A stretch of 64,000 nucleotides of DNA, from positions 4,534,152 through 4,598,151 of the forward strand of contig CM119270.1 of assembly GCA_051294375.1 (NCBI GenBank), written 5' to 3'. The number at the start of each line of letters is the position of its first letter. Positions within the stretch are counted from its first letter, which is position 1. The notes below the pieces were generated by a model. The model ran no database searches, was not told where the DNA came from, and saw only the letters and a list, made by a program, of their open reading frames with translations. This DNA is from Paraspadella gotoi (lineage: Eukaryota > Animalia > Chaetognatha). The position numbers and the translations under genes are program-made. Of the stretch, positions 15,650 to 29,244 are shown piece after piece.

Positions 15650-17453
15650 TGTTTTTTTTTCTCTCTATTTTATGTTTTTTGTTTAGACTTAGTCTGTCTT
15701 TGTTTGTTTGTTTGCTGATGATGATTGTACTGAATCAACCTCGTTGTATTCGAATAAAATCGCATATTTTAACATTTTTCGGTTTCTTTATAATCCCGAG
15801 GTCCTAATAAAAAAAATTCGCATAATTTGTCGTCATCCTTCTTTTTATAGTCGTTGTCTTCGTCGTCGCCGTCGTCGTCGTCAGAGTCGCTGTGGTCCTC
15901 AACGGCCGCTGGCGCCGCGCGACGCCGTGATTCGTGGTTTCGTCTGAGAAGCGGGATTGATCGTCCGAAGGGAACTCGATTCATTCTTTTGTTCTTTTGT
16001 TTTCTCCATCAGGAAATCTTTATGATTAAATAAAGATGGAAACTCTGTCGCTGATTGTCTTTTTGTTTCGTTGACAAATTGAGTTAAGTTATTTTTTTAA
16101 TATTTTCACACAAATACTATCTTTTATCCTTGAATTTTTTTTTTAAACTTAAAAGTATATATTTTAAATATTTTTCTTTATTTTGTTAAACAACAGAATC
16201 TGATGCAATTGTCTCTCTTTATCTGTTTATGCCGGATGTACTACCAGCACACTCACGCTCTATTTGTTAATTTGTTTTCTATTACATCATTTTCACGTTT
16301 TTGTTTCCGTATTAAATAAAAAACAAAGCATTGATCCAGGGGCTCAAATTGTGTAACATGAAGATTTTTTTTTTGGACGATGATGATTTTAACGTTTTCT
16401 CCAGTTTTTTTTTTTTTTTGTTATGATTAATGTCATTTTTATTTATTTCAAATTAGTCACAGGGAAGTTTCTTTTGTTGGTTCATTTTGTTTGTAAACTC
16501 GGGCTTGCAGTATTGTAAGTAGTACAACGTGCGTGCGGGGAAAACTTCAACGAGATAGAGACAGAGAAGGTCAGAGTTGGCGAGCGATGCGTCGGAGATT
16601 CGCCGACGAGGTCTCTCGCTCTCGCTCTCGCGACGTCTGTCTCTCTCTTCGTTTTTGGGTTTTTTTTTTTTTTTTGAGCAACACAAGGTATTTACTCTTT
16701 TCTTTTTCTCCGTCGAGAGTCGAATTACTGTTTCTGTTTTGTGTGTTTTTATTTTTGGTTTTTTTGGTTGTCAAGATGCGAAGATAAAATTGAAAAGAAA
16801 AGCCTGAGTGAAGCGAGAGAAAGAAGGTCCTATTGTTTATTTGGCGAAATTAGATTCGGATTTTCTGTTATTATGAGGGAAATCATAAACTGGGAGACGA
16901 AGTTGGTGAAAGCGTGATGATGTGAGAACCTGTCATGCCGACAGGGAAAAACTAACATGGCGGCAGGGAAACTTTCTTGGTGTCGGAGAGACTGAAATCA
17001 TTCAGCGTAAAAAAAGGAGTGGTATACGTTAAATCACGTCATGTCATGTTATTTCGTCATCTGTTTTTTTAATTTGATGTTTTAATTCATCTTGTTTTTT
17101 TTTCTCTGTTTTCTTTTTTGGTAGAATCTCGTTTTTTTCGTCACGGTTCAATTTAGTTACGTAGATATTCAAACGGGACTTTAATATAAAAACGACAACG
17201 AATAAGGAAAAAAAAATATTGCGAAAGCGAATCTTCGATCTTCGATCTTCTGCTCTTTGCTGAGAAAGAGGAAGATCGAAAAAAGGAACAGCGGTGCGGA
17301 GAGGGCAAAAGGAAGTGTGCAAAGAATGTGCATACTTGAGAGAAATCATAATAACAATCATATTAGTATAACGATATCAGGTAAAAGGGCGGAAGAGAAG
17401 GAGATGAATGGAGATGGAGAAGAAAGAGAGAGAGAGAGATGAGAGGGAAAGAA

Positions 17454-17522
<69 letters not shown>

Positions 17523-20500
17523 ATGTGAGTGACTTTGATATTTTTATATAATTATTATTGACTCATTGGTTGAAAATATTTGGAAAGATTCTCTGACCAA
17601 TTTTTTTTTCCTAAATTGTTTTCTGAGTTATAATGCAATATATTTTTTCAGATCCCAAAATTGGGAAAACTGGCATTATAACATGGAGAAGGTTTCTGCG
17701 AAAAATTCGGTTATAACTGTACTTTTCATTGCTTGTAACTGTATATTTGATTTGTCCCGAAAAGTTCCAAGTTTAGATTTGAAAATTACAGTTTATTTAT
17801 ACATATGTCGACCATTAAAAAAAGTCAAAAAATCTATTCCGATTCGGGGATTACGTATAATTATCGCGGGCGATATTAGTTATTGATATATAATTCCATC
17901 AATAGTAGTATATTATTTGTTTTCGTTAGTCGTGGAGGCGTTTAAATTCTATAGTATGACGGGAGAAAGAGAGCGGGCGGGGGCGCAAAAAAAAGGGGGC
18001 GTGGCTGCCCCTCTCGAGGGAAATTTGTGAATGTGAGACAAAAAACGTCAAACTGAAACATGGAGTGCTGTTTTTTTGTTTTGTTTTGTTTATTTCGTGT
18101 GTCACGTTTGGTGTGCGAAGAGGAGAAATCGTGCGCCTTTTGTTTTCTTTTTTTTTTTTTGAAAAGAGAAAAAAGTGCGATCAAAGTGCGTCTTTGTTTT
18201 TTTTTTGTTTTGGGTGAAGTTTTTGTTTCGTATTTGTCTCAGTTTCGCTTTCTTTTTTTTTTTTTTTTGTTTTTTTCTTATCGCATTTTTCGGCGTCAAA
18301 ACCTCTCGTTTTTTTCTCCTTCTTGGTTTTCTTATTTAAAAAAAAAAAGGAAAAAAAAACTCGGGTTTTGACTAAGTCGTATTTGTTCGCGGAAAGCCGT
18401 TATTATCGGTGCTTAATCCATGATATCATATTGTATTTAACTATAGCTAGATGTAGAACAACGATGAGCATTCTCGAATATAACATTTGGTTTTTGTGAT
18501 TCGGTATAAAACGGATGTCTGTACTCTATTGATTTGTAAGAAGATCTTTTCCTTACGAGGTTCGACAAGAACATTTTTAACTTCGTTATTGTTTTTGTTA
18601 CCTTGATTTTTTATTGTCGTGTTTACCGTTGCCTAGCGACTCTCGGGCGCCTGTGTTCGAACTGTCGGTCAAAGAATTAGGGATTTAACAATTTTAAACG
18701 ATTCTCAAATTATTCTGTATTAATAACAGGATTTCTTTATATTCTAAAGACTCACGGTGGTTGGCGCTCTTAAGTCGCTCTGACAGCGGCACAGTGATCG
18801 CTAAGCGAGGGAAAATCGGTGACATGATTTCTTTTTTTTTAATATCGGGATATTCTAAGACATAGTGCAGATCCCCATGCAGCGTGCTGCTTTTTTTTAG
18901 GTTGTGCCTTTTTTTTTTTTAGAAAAAAAGGGATGTGCGAAATTATAAGGATCCCCTGTTCAAACTGTTTTTTATATCTTTTGATTGTAAACTTAGAAGT
19001 TTGTTTGTAAATCCCATTTAATTAATATTCAACTTTTTCATTGCATTATTTGTAAATTACTAATAAGTATTTTTGATAATTTTTTTTTTACTTCTTTTCC
19101 TAAGAATTTCTTGATCGATCGCCTTTGAAGCAGGTAAATGTATTGGATCTAGGAATCCGTCTTGTGTTTGTTTGTTTGTTTTATTTATAGAAGTTAAAAG
19201 AACAAAGATGCGATCACATTGATCTTTGTTGACATAATCTTTTTTTTTTCCGCTGACAATTCCATGACCATTCAGAGTTTAAATTGTCATCCTTTAAGTA
19301 AAAAATGACATGCTTTATCTTTAAGAATTTACTGTCATTAGCTGTCGTCGATAAAGCAATTAAACTTTCCATAATCGCATTCCATTTTCCAGCGAAGTTA
19401 AATCACTTTTTTTTACATTTAGATCATGTCATGTTTATGAGTAAGACGTTTTTCTTTCGTTATTTTGGGACGTTTGTCCTTTGTTTTTTAAGACGTTTGT
19501 CCTTTGTTTTTTAAGACGTTTGTCCTTTGTTTTTTAAGACGTTTGTCCTTTGTTTTTTAAGACGTTTGTCCTTTGTTTTTAAGACGTTTGTCCTTTGTTT
19601 TAAAGACGTTTGTCCTTTGTTTTAAAGACGTTTGTCCTTTGTTTTAAAGACGTTTGTCCTTTGTTTTAAAGACGTTTGTCCTTTTTTTAAAGACATTTGT
19701 CCTTTGTTTTTAAGACGTTTGTCCTTTGTTTTAAAAGACGTTTGTCTTTTTTTTAAAACATTTGTCCTTTGTTTTTTTAAGACGTTTGTCCTTTAATTTT
19801 AAGACGTTTTGTCCTTTGTTTTAAAGACGTTTGTCCTTTGTTTTAAGACGTTTGTCCTTTGTTTTAAAGACGTTTGTCCTTTTTTTTAAGACATTTGTCC
19901 TTTGTTTTTTTAAGGACGTTTGTCCTTTGTTTTAAGACGTTTGTCCTTTGTTTTAAAGACGTTTGTCCTTTGTTTTAAAGACGTTTGTCCTTTGTTTTAA
20001 AGACGTTTGTCCTTTTGTTTTAAAGACGTTTGTCCTTTGTTTTAAAGACGTTTTGTCCTTTGTTTTAAGACCGTTTGTCCTTTGTTTTAAAGACGTTTGT
20101 CCTTTGTTTTTTAAGACGTTTGTCCTTTATTTTTTAAGACGTTTGTCCTTTGTTTTTTAAGACGTTTGTCCTTTTTTTTTTAAGACGTTTGTCTTTTGTT
20201 CGGTTTTGTTTACGTTTTTAATTCGAGAGCTTTCACGTTAATGATCGTTTTTCTTTTTTTTCCGGTTAGAGACATATGTAAGACAATGCTGGTCCTCAAT
20301 GATTTCTCTCAAATCCGTCTTTCAACGCCTTTTTAACAATATATATTTAAAAGTAAAATTATATATGATACATCGTACCGTTTTTTTTTTACAGTAAATA
20401 ACCGGTAAACTTTAAATGATAATTCTTTCTAATGAATACAAAAATAATTGTCATACGTCGGTAACTAAAAACATGCGTTTTTTTTTTTATAAATATTTCA

Positions 20501-20963
20501 ACTCCCGTTTTTTGTTTTGTAAGTGAATAAAAGAATTTTCCCCAACCTAGTAAATGGTAGAGAGTGCCGCGTGTTTTATTTTTTTTATTTTTTGTGTGTG
20601 TGTTTTGTTTGTTGATTTTTGTTTTTTTATTTTTTAGAAAAGAAGAAAAAAGTTGATGTTCTTTTTTTTTCTCCTTTTTTTCTCCAGATCCCTCATACAT
20701 TTTTCACGCGAAGAAAACCGGGGTTTTCTCCCTCTTGCGTTTCTACGCTAAAAACTTTAATTTAGAAAAAAAAAAAGATCAACAGTTGGGCCTAAATTGT
20801 GGAAACGAAGTTAACGAAAACAATTATTACCCATTTTACGCTGCTCAAGAGAAACGCAGAGAAAAAGAAAAAAAAAACTGCCAACTTAATTTTAATCCGC
20901 TTTCTAGAGAACGCTCCTACTTATAAAAGAAAATATATATATATCTGCCCCTTAAAAAAAAAG
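15650..20963. repeat. Copy A of a ~5.3-kb near-identical tandem duplication
   Basis: Aligns colinearly with 21181-26623. It ends exactly at the 25-N gap (20964-20988). Confidence 0.95.
19443..20200. repeat. ~21-23-bp minisatellite (AAGACGTTTGTCCTTTGTTTT)n, roughly 33-35 copies
   Basis: Head-to-tail units with no unique spacers. Variation is mainly in T/A run length. Confidence 0.97.
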
Positions 20964-21180
20964 NNNNNNNNNNNNNNNNNNNNNNNNNAAAAAAAAGAGA
21001 GAGAAGGAAGTCATCGTCGTGGTCTCTCACTTTGAGTCCTAACATGCGATCGAGCGGAGTCATACAGTTGAATTCTCTCTCCTTAATTCTTCTCGTATCT
21101 TCGTTCCTCTCTCCTCTCTCTTCATTTCTATCACTCTTTCTCAATTTAATCTTCATCTTCTTCTCTCTCTTAACTTTACT

Positions 21181-22976
21181 GGTTTTTTTTTTCTCTCTAT
21201 TTTATGTTTTTTTGTTTAGACTTAGTCTGTCTTTGTTTGTTTGTTTGCTGATGATGATTGTACTGAATCAACCTCGTTGTATTCGAATAAAATCGCATAT
21301 TTTAACATTTTTCGGTTTCTTTATAATCCCGAGGTCCTAATAAAAAAAATTCGCATAATTTGTCGTCATCCTTCTTTTTATAGTCGTTGTTCTTCCGCGT
21401 CGCCGTCGTCGTCGTCAGAGTCGCTGTGGTCCTCAACGGCCGCTGGCGCCGCGCGACGGCCGTGATTCGTGGTTTCGTCTGAGAAGCGGGATTGATCGTC
21501 CGAAGGGAACTCGATTCATTCTTTTGTTCTTTTGTTTTCTTCCATCAGGAAATCTTTATGATTAAATAAAGATGGAAACTCTGTCGCTGATTGTCTTTTG
21601 TTTCGTTGACAAATTGAGTTAAGTTATTTTTTAATATTTTCACACAAATACTATCTTTTATCCTAATTTTTTTTTTAAACTTAAAAGATATATTTTTAAA
21701 TTATTTTTCTTTTTTTGTTAAACAACAGAAATCTGAGCAATTGTCTCTCTTTATCTATGTTTATCGCGGATGTACTACAGCACACTCACGCTCTATTTGT
21801 GTAATTGTGTTTCTATTACTTCATTTTCACGTTTTTGTTTCCGTATTAAATAAAAAACAAAGCATTGATCCAGGGGCTCAAATTGTGTAACATGAAGATT
21901 TTTTTTGACGATGAATGATTTTACGTTTTCTCCAGTTTTTTTTTTTTTGTTATGATTAATGTCATTTTTATTTATTTCAAATTAGCACAGGGAAGTTTCT
22001 TTTGTTGGTTCATTTTGTTTGTAAACTCGGGCTTTGCAGTATTGTAAGTAGTACAAACGTGCGTGCGGGGAAAACTTCAACGAGATAGAGACAGAGAAGG
22101 TCAGAGTTGGCGAGCGATGCGTCGGAGATTCGCCGACAGGTCTCTCGCTCTCGCTCTCGCGACGTCTGTCTCTCTCTTGTTTTTGGGTTTTTTTTTTTTT
22201 TTGAGCAACACAAGGTATTTACTCTTTTCTTTTTCTCGTCGAGAGTCGAATTACTGTTTTGTTTTGTGTGTTTTTATTTTTGGTTTTTTTGTTGTCAAGA
22301 TGCGAAGATAAAATTGAAAAGAAAAGCCTGAGTGAAGCGAGAGAAAGAAAGGTCCTATTGTTTATTTGGCGAAATTAGATTCGATTTTTCTTTATTATGG
22401 AGGGAAATCAATAACTGGGAACGAGTTGGTGAAAGCGTGATGATGTGAGAACCTGTCATGCCGACAGGGAAAAAACTAACATGGCGGCAGGGAAACTTTC
22501 TTGGTGTCGGAGAGACTGAAATCATTCAGCGTAAAAAAGGAGTGGTATACGTTAAATCACGTCATGTCATGTTATTTCGTCATCTGTTTTTTTAATTTGA
22601 ATGTTTTAATTCATCTTGTTTTTTTTTCTCCTGTTTTTCTTTTTGGTAGAATCTCGTTTTTTTCGTCACGGTTCAATTAGTTACGTAGATATTCAAACGG
22701 AGACTTTAATATAAAAACGACAACGAATAAGGAAAAAAAAATATTGCGAAAGCGAATCTTCGATCTTCGATCTTCTGCTCTTTGCTGAGAAAGAGGAAGA
22801 TCGAAAAAAGGAAACAGCGGTGCGGAGAGGGCAAAGAGAAGTGTGCAAAGAATGTGCATACTTGAGAGAAATCATAATAACAATCATATTAGTATACGAT
22901 ATCAGGTAAAAGGGCGGAAGAGAAGGAGATGAATGGAATGGAGAAGAAAGAGAGAGAGAGAGAAGAGAGGGAAAGA

Positions 22977-23058
<82 letters not shown>

Positions 23059-26000
23059 TGAATGTGAGTGACTTTGATATTTTTATATAATTATTATTGA
23101 CTCATTGGTTGAAAATATTGGAAAGATTTCTCTGACCAATTTTTTTTTCCTAAATTGTTTTCTGAGTTATAATGCAATATATTTTTTTCAGATCCCAAAA
23201 TTGGGAAACTGGCATTATAACATGGAGAAGGTTTCTGCGAAAAATTCGGTTATAACTGTACTTTTCATTGCTTGTAACTGTATATTTGATTTGTCCCGAA
23301 AAAGTTCCAAGTTTAGATTTGAAAATTACAGTTTTATTTATACATATGTCGACCATTAAAAAAAGTCAAAAAATCTATTCCGATTCGGGAAATTACGTAT
23401 AATTATCGCGGGCGATATTAGTTATTGATATATAATTCATCAATAGTAGTATATTAATTTGTTTTCGTTAGTCGTGGAGGCGTTTAAATTTATAGTATGA
23501 CGGGAGAAGAGAGCGGGCGGGGGCGCAAAAAAAAAGGGGGCGTGGCTGCCCCTCTCGAGGGAAATTTGTGAATGTGAGACAAAAAACGTCAAACTGAAAC
23601 ATGGAGTGCTGTTTTTTTGTTTGGTTTTGTTTATTTCGTGTGTCACGTTTGGTGTGCGAGAGGAGAAATCGTGCGCCTTTTGTTTTCTTTTTTTTTTTTT
23701 TTTTGAAAAGAGAAAAAAGTGCGATCAAAAGTGCGTCTTTGTTTTTTTTTTGTTTGGGTGAAGTTTTGTTTCGTATTTGTCTCAGTTTCGCTTTCTCTTT
23801 TTTTTTTTTGTTTTTTTCTTATCGCATTTTTTCGGCGTCAAAACCTCTCGTTTTTTTCTCCTTCTTGGTTTTCTTATTTAAAAAAAAAAGGAAAAAAAAA
23901 ACTCGGGTTTTGACTAAGTCGTATTTGTTCGCGGAAAGCCGTTTTATTATCGGTGCTTAATCCATGATATCATATTGTTTTAACTATAGCTAGATGTAGA
24001 ACAACGATGAGCATTCTCGAATATAAACATTTGGTTTTTTGTGATTCGGTTATAAAGGATGTCTGTACTCTATGATTTGTAAGAAGATCTTTTCCTTACG
24101 AGGTTCGACAAGAACATTTTTAACTTCGTTTATTGTTTTTGTTACTTGATTTTTATTGTCGTGTTTACCGTTGCCTAGCCGACTCTCGGGCGCCTGTGTT
24201 CGAACTGTCGGTCAAAGAATTAGGGATTTAACAATTTTAAACGATTCTCAAATTATTCTGTATTAATAACAGGATTTCTTTATATCTAAAGACTCACGGT
24301 GGTTGGCGCTTTAAGTCGCTCTGACAGCGGCACAGTGATCGCTAAGCGAGGGAAAATCGGTGACATGATTTCTTTTTTTTTAATATCCGGGATATTCTAA
24401 GACATAGTGCAGATCCCCATGCAGCGTGCTGCTTTTTTTTAGGTTGTGCCTTTTTTTTTTTTTAGAAAAAAGGGATGTGCGAAATTATAAGGATCCCCGT
24501 GTTCAAACTGTTTTTTATAATCTTTTGATTGTAAACTTAGAAGTTTGTTTGTAAATCCCATTTAATAATATTCAACTTTTTCATTGCATTATTTGTAAAT
24601 TACTAATAAGTATTTTTGATAATTTTTTTTTTACTTCTTTTCCTAAGAATTTCTGATCGATCGCCTTTGAAGCAGGTAAATTATTGGATCTAGGAATCCG
24701 TCTTGTGTTTGTTTGTTTGTTTTATTTATAGAAGTTAAAAGAACAAAGATGCGATCACATTGATCTTTGTTGACATAATCTTTTTTTTTCGCCTGACAAT
24801 TCCATGACCATTCAGAGTTTAAATTGTCATCCTTTAAGTAAAAAAATGACATGCTTTATCTTTTAAGAATTTACTGTCATTAGCTGTCGTCGATAAAGCA
24901 ATTAAACTTTCCATAATCGCATTCCATTTTCCAGCGAAGTTAAATCACTTTTTTTTACATTTAGATCATGTCATGTTTATGAGTAAGACGTTTTTCTTTC
25001 GTTATTTTGGGACGTTTGTCCTTTGTTTTTTAAGACGTTTGTCTTTGTTTTTTTAGCGTTTGTCCTTTGTTTTTTAAGACGTTTGTCCTTTGTTTTTTAA
25101 GACGTTTGTCCTTTGTTTTTAAGACGTTGTCCTTTGTTTTAAGACGTTTGTCCTTTGTTTTAAAGACGTTTGTCCTTTGTTTTAAAGACGTTTGTCCTTT
25201 TGTTTTTAAAGACGTTTGTCCTTTTAGACTTTGTCCTTTGTTTTTAGACGTTTGTCCTTTGTTTTAAAGACGTTTGTCCTTTTTTTAAAGACATTTGTCC
25301 TTTGTTTTTAAGACGTTTGTCCTTTGTTTTTAAGACGTTTGTCCTTTGTTTTAAAAGACGTTTCGTGTCCTTTGTTTTAAAGACGTTTGTCCTTTGTTTT
25401 AAAAGACGTTTGTCTTTTTTTTTAAAAACATTTGTCCTTTGTTTTTAAGACGTTTGTCCTTTAATTTTAAGACGTTTTTGTTCCTTTGTTTTAAAGACGT
25501 TTGTCCTTTGTTTTAAGAGTTTGTCCTTTGTTTTTAAAGACGTTTGTCCTTTTTTTTAAGACATTTGTCCTTTGTTTTTAAGGACGTTTGTCCTTTGTTT
25601 TTAAGACGTTTGTCCTTTGTTTTAAAGACGTTTGTCCTTTGTTTAAGACGTTTGTCTTTGTTTTAAAGACGTTTGTCCTTTTGTTTTAAAGACGTTTGTC
25701 CTTTGTTTTAAAGACGTTTTGTCCTTTGTTTTAAAGACGTTTGTCCTTTTGTTTAAAGACGTTTGTCCTTTGTTTTTTAGACGTTTGTCCTTTATTTTTT
25801 AAGAACGTTTGTCCTTTGTTTTTTAAGACGTTTGTCCTTTTTTTTTTAAGACGTTTGTCTTTTGTTCGGTTTTGTTTACGTTTTTAATTCGAGAGCTTTC
25901 ACGTTAATGATCGTTTTTTCTTTTTTTCCGGTTAGAAATAATGTAAGACAATGCTGGTCTCAATGATTTCTCTCAAATCCGTCTTTCAACGCCTTTTTAA

Positions 26001-26623
26001 CAATATATATTTAAAAGTAAAATTATATATGATATCCGTACCGTTTTTTTTTTTAACAGTAAATAACCGGTAAACTTAAATGATAATTCTTTCTAATGAA
26101 TACAAAAATAATTGTCATACGTCGGTAACTAAAAACATGCGTTTTTTTTTTTTTATAAAATTTCAACTCCCGTTTTTTGTTTGTAAGTGAATAAAAGAAT
26201 TTTCCCCAACCTAGTAAATGGTAGAGAGTGCCGCGTGTTTTATTTTTTTTTATTTTTTGTGTGTGTGTTGTTTGTTGTTTTGTTTTTTTATTTTTTAGAA
26301 AAGAAGAAAAAAGTTGATGTTCTTTTTTTTTCTCCTTTTTTTCCTCCAGATCCTCATATCATTTTTCAGCGAAGAAAACCGGGGTTTTCTCCCTCTTGCG
26401 TTTCTACGCTAAAAACTTTAATTTAGAAAAAAAAAAAGATCAACAGTTGGCCTAAATTGTGGAAACAAGTTAACGAAAACAATTATTACCCATTTTACGC
26501 TGCTCAAGAGAAACGCAGAGAAAAAGAAAAAAAAAAACTGCCAACTTAATTTTAATCCGCTTTCTAGAGAACGCTCCTACTTTATAAAAGAAAATATATA
26601 TATATCTGCCCTTAAAAAAAAAG
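21181..26623. repeat. Copy B of the ~5.3-kb tandem duplication
   Basis: Same sequence as 15650-20963. Differences are mostly 1-bp indels, e.g. TTGTCCCGAAAAGTT vs TTGTCCCGAAAAAGTT. Confidence 0.95.
24985..25867. repeat. Same minisatellite in duplicate copy B, ~120 bp longer
   Basis: Same unit as 19443-20200. Confidence 0.97.
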
Positions 26624-26717
26624 AGATTCTAACCACCTCCACCCCTATCCCAACTAACCTCCCCTAACCCAACCCCCCCCGGTTTTCCTCCCGTTCTCCA
26701 TGATTCAAAGGCGCACG

Positions 26718-29174
26718 TTAGAGAAATGTTGCAGATCCCCAAGCAATGCTTCTGCGGGTTAATCAGGGGCGTAGACTCGACTTCTCAAGGGCCGAACACG
26801 TAGAAACTCCCCTTGTAGTCGGACCAGACGCAGGAGGCCTCAGAGACGGGAACCACGCGCACCGAATGTTTCTGAGGAGGGGGGGGGTCGAAGGAGGGTT
26901 AGGAGGGGGGCGTGAGGGGGGTAAGGAGGGGGGGTCGAGTGGGGAGAAGGGGGTTCATTGATTTTTACATCCAGTTTAAAAAAATCAATAAATCACCCCA
27001 TCGATAGGGAGAGCCAACCGCTCTGTGGGGAAATGATAACCGAGGCTGTTAAACTTGAAGAGTCTTTATCTAAATCTTGTAGAGTAGCTTCTCCATCATC
27101 CACCTCGTCACAACCGATCCTTTCTCCATCATCCAATCCATTAATCCCTTCTCCATCATCCACCCCATCACCTGGAGATGAATCCGTCTCTCGTCAGGGT
27201 CGGCTTCCAACAGAGCGGAATGTCGTTGGACCAACTCCTGTGACATGACGCTGACGCTGTCTTCAATCCAGAATGTGATGGGATTTACCTGGCAGGCGGA
27301 CATGACATGACATGACTTAAAATATGGAAAAAAGGGTCCTTTAAACAAAAAATAAGACGCTAGAAAACTGGGGACAGATTTATAAATATACATTTCTTAA
27401 CGTTTTTTTTTACAATAAAAATTGTTTTTCTCAACTTACCCTAGGTCCTGTTTCTTCCCACATATATTCCCCAGCTGCTTCTTTAATACTCGTGGCGGGC
27501 ATGTCCATATGCTTATCCACCCAGTCAGACTTGTGCACTTTCCTTCGAGTTAGGGTCAGGGTAGAACGAGGGTTAGTCAATACGTCAACCATATTAATCG
27601 ATCGATCGATCGATCGACTCACCAGGTGACTGTGAGTTTCATGTAGTGCTTGAGTTGCCCTTTCCCGTTGCAGTTATCACAACTGACTGTCCCATTCCCT
27701 TTACATCGATTGCAACTGAGGAAAGAGATGAAAGAGACATCAGCGTTTAAGTAAGTTCGTTGAGAAAAGTAGGGGAAACTTACTTTTTTCTTCCAAGCCC
27801 ATGACACTTCATGCACATTTGGCCAACCTACAAAATTCTAGAAAGATGAATATAGTTGATTTGAGTGAGCGACATTACAAATGGTTTCTCTCTCTGTCTC
27901 TGTCTCTCTCTCTATCTCTCTCTCTGTACCACTGACCTGATAGGCGGTTAGGGACCGACGCAAGCGTGAGTGGCTCATAGTCATCTCTCCCCCTTCGGGA
28001 TTCATTCGTTTTCGCGACCGTCTGCCTGCCCATCCCATTCGTCCAAGCCCATCGCACCAGCGGCACATGACCTTAAGGGGATCCATTATATTTGAGTTTA
28101 GTTCATTATATGGATTCTTTAATTGTTTTTTTTTTCTTCTGAAAGATTAAACAAAGCAAACAAATAATTGCGGGACTGGTTTCAAAAAAATTACTACGTA
28201 GTATTAAAAAAATTAATACGTAGTATCAAAGCGAATCTAAAAATTTAGAAAAAAAGTAAAGCAATTTCGTCCACGTTGAATAATATTGAATTTTTCATAG
28301 GTTGATTTGATTATTAGGAACTTTATTTATTGACTTAATATTTAGATTTACTTTATCACATAAGCTTATCAATCCACCACGCTTGGACGACAAGATTCTC
28401 TCTCGTCTTACTTACCTTTTTCTTACCATGGCACCTTCCACATTCAACTTGTCCTTTCTTGCAACCAGCTTTGTCACATATCTGTCGAAAAGAAAGCAAG
28501 TAGGAACAGTAACAAATTCTAACAGCAACAATATCGTTATTCACATTAAAAAAAGACCTTTTCTTATAACCCCCCCCCCCGCGCGGCCAAACCCAAACCC
28601 CCCCTCCGACTGACCGTCACGTAAGCCGTGTGGGGCACCTCGACGTCCTTGGAGCCGCTTTTGAAGGCTCTCGGCGGCCGAACGTCGATCTCCCAAATTT
28701 CCGGCACCAGATTGTTTCGGTTGTCGCCGACGAATCGGCAACCCTGAGAAAGTCGGGGGTAGAAAAGGAGAAGAGAACTTGTAGTGATAAACATGCATAA
28801 ATGAGTTGACATCTATATACAAACTTTTATTTGAGGTTTTGTTATCAAATTTTTAGATCAAAATATGTCATGTCACGTCTTATCATGTCACACTTGTCAT
28901 AACGTGAGAGACTAGAGTCTTACCTTGAAGGGAACTGTGACCCATTCGGTCTTTCTCGATTCTGTCATTGTCCACAATTCGTACTGAGAGGGAAAATGAG
29001 TAAATCAATAAATTTAATTGAATTTAACAAAAAAAGAAGATTTTCTTAATGTTTTAAATGACATAGTGTCCTTTATGTATCTCTCTCTCTCTCTCTATCT
29101 CTCATGTGGTTAAATTTTCACATTTTGAGCATAATAAATCAACATCAAATCAAATCAACCTCTCTCTTTCTCTC

Positions 29175-29244
<70 letters not shown>

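Noticed and set aside
15826-15853. FLAG-tag-like peptide DYKKKDDDK on the minus strand
   Set aside because: Not the exact tag and no vector sequence nearby. It is a chance product of GAC/GAT-rich DNA.
19443-20200. Regular 21-23-bp repeat array resembling CRISPR
   Set aside because: Units are contiguous with no unique spacers, there are no cas genes and the context is eukaryotic. It is a minisatellite.
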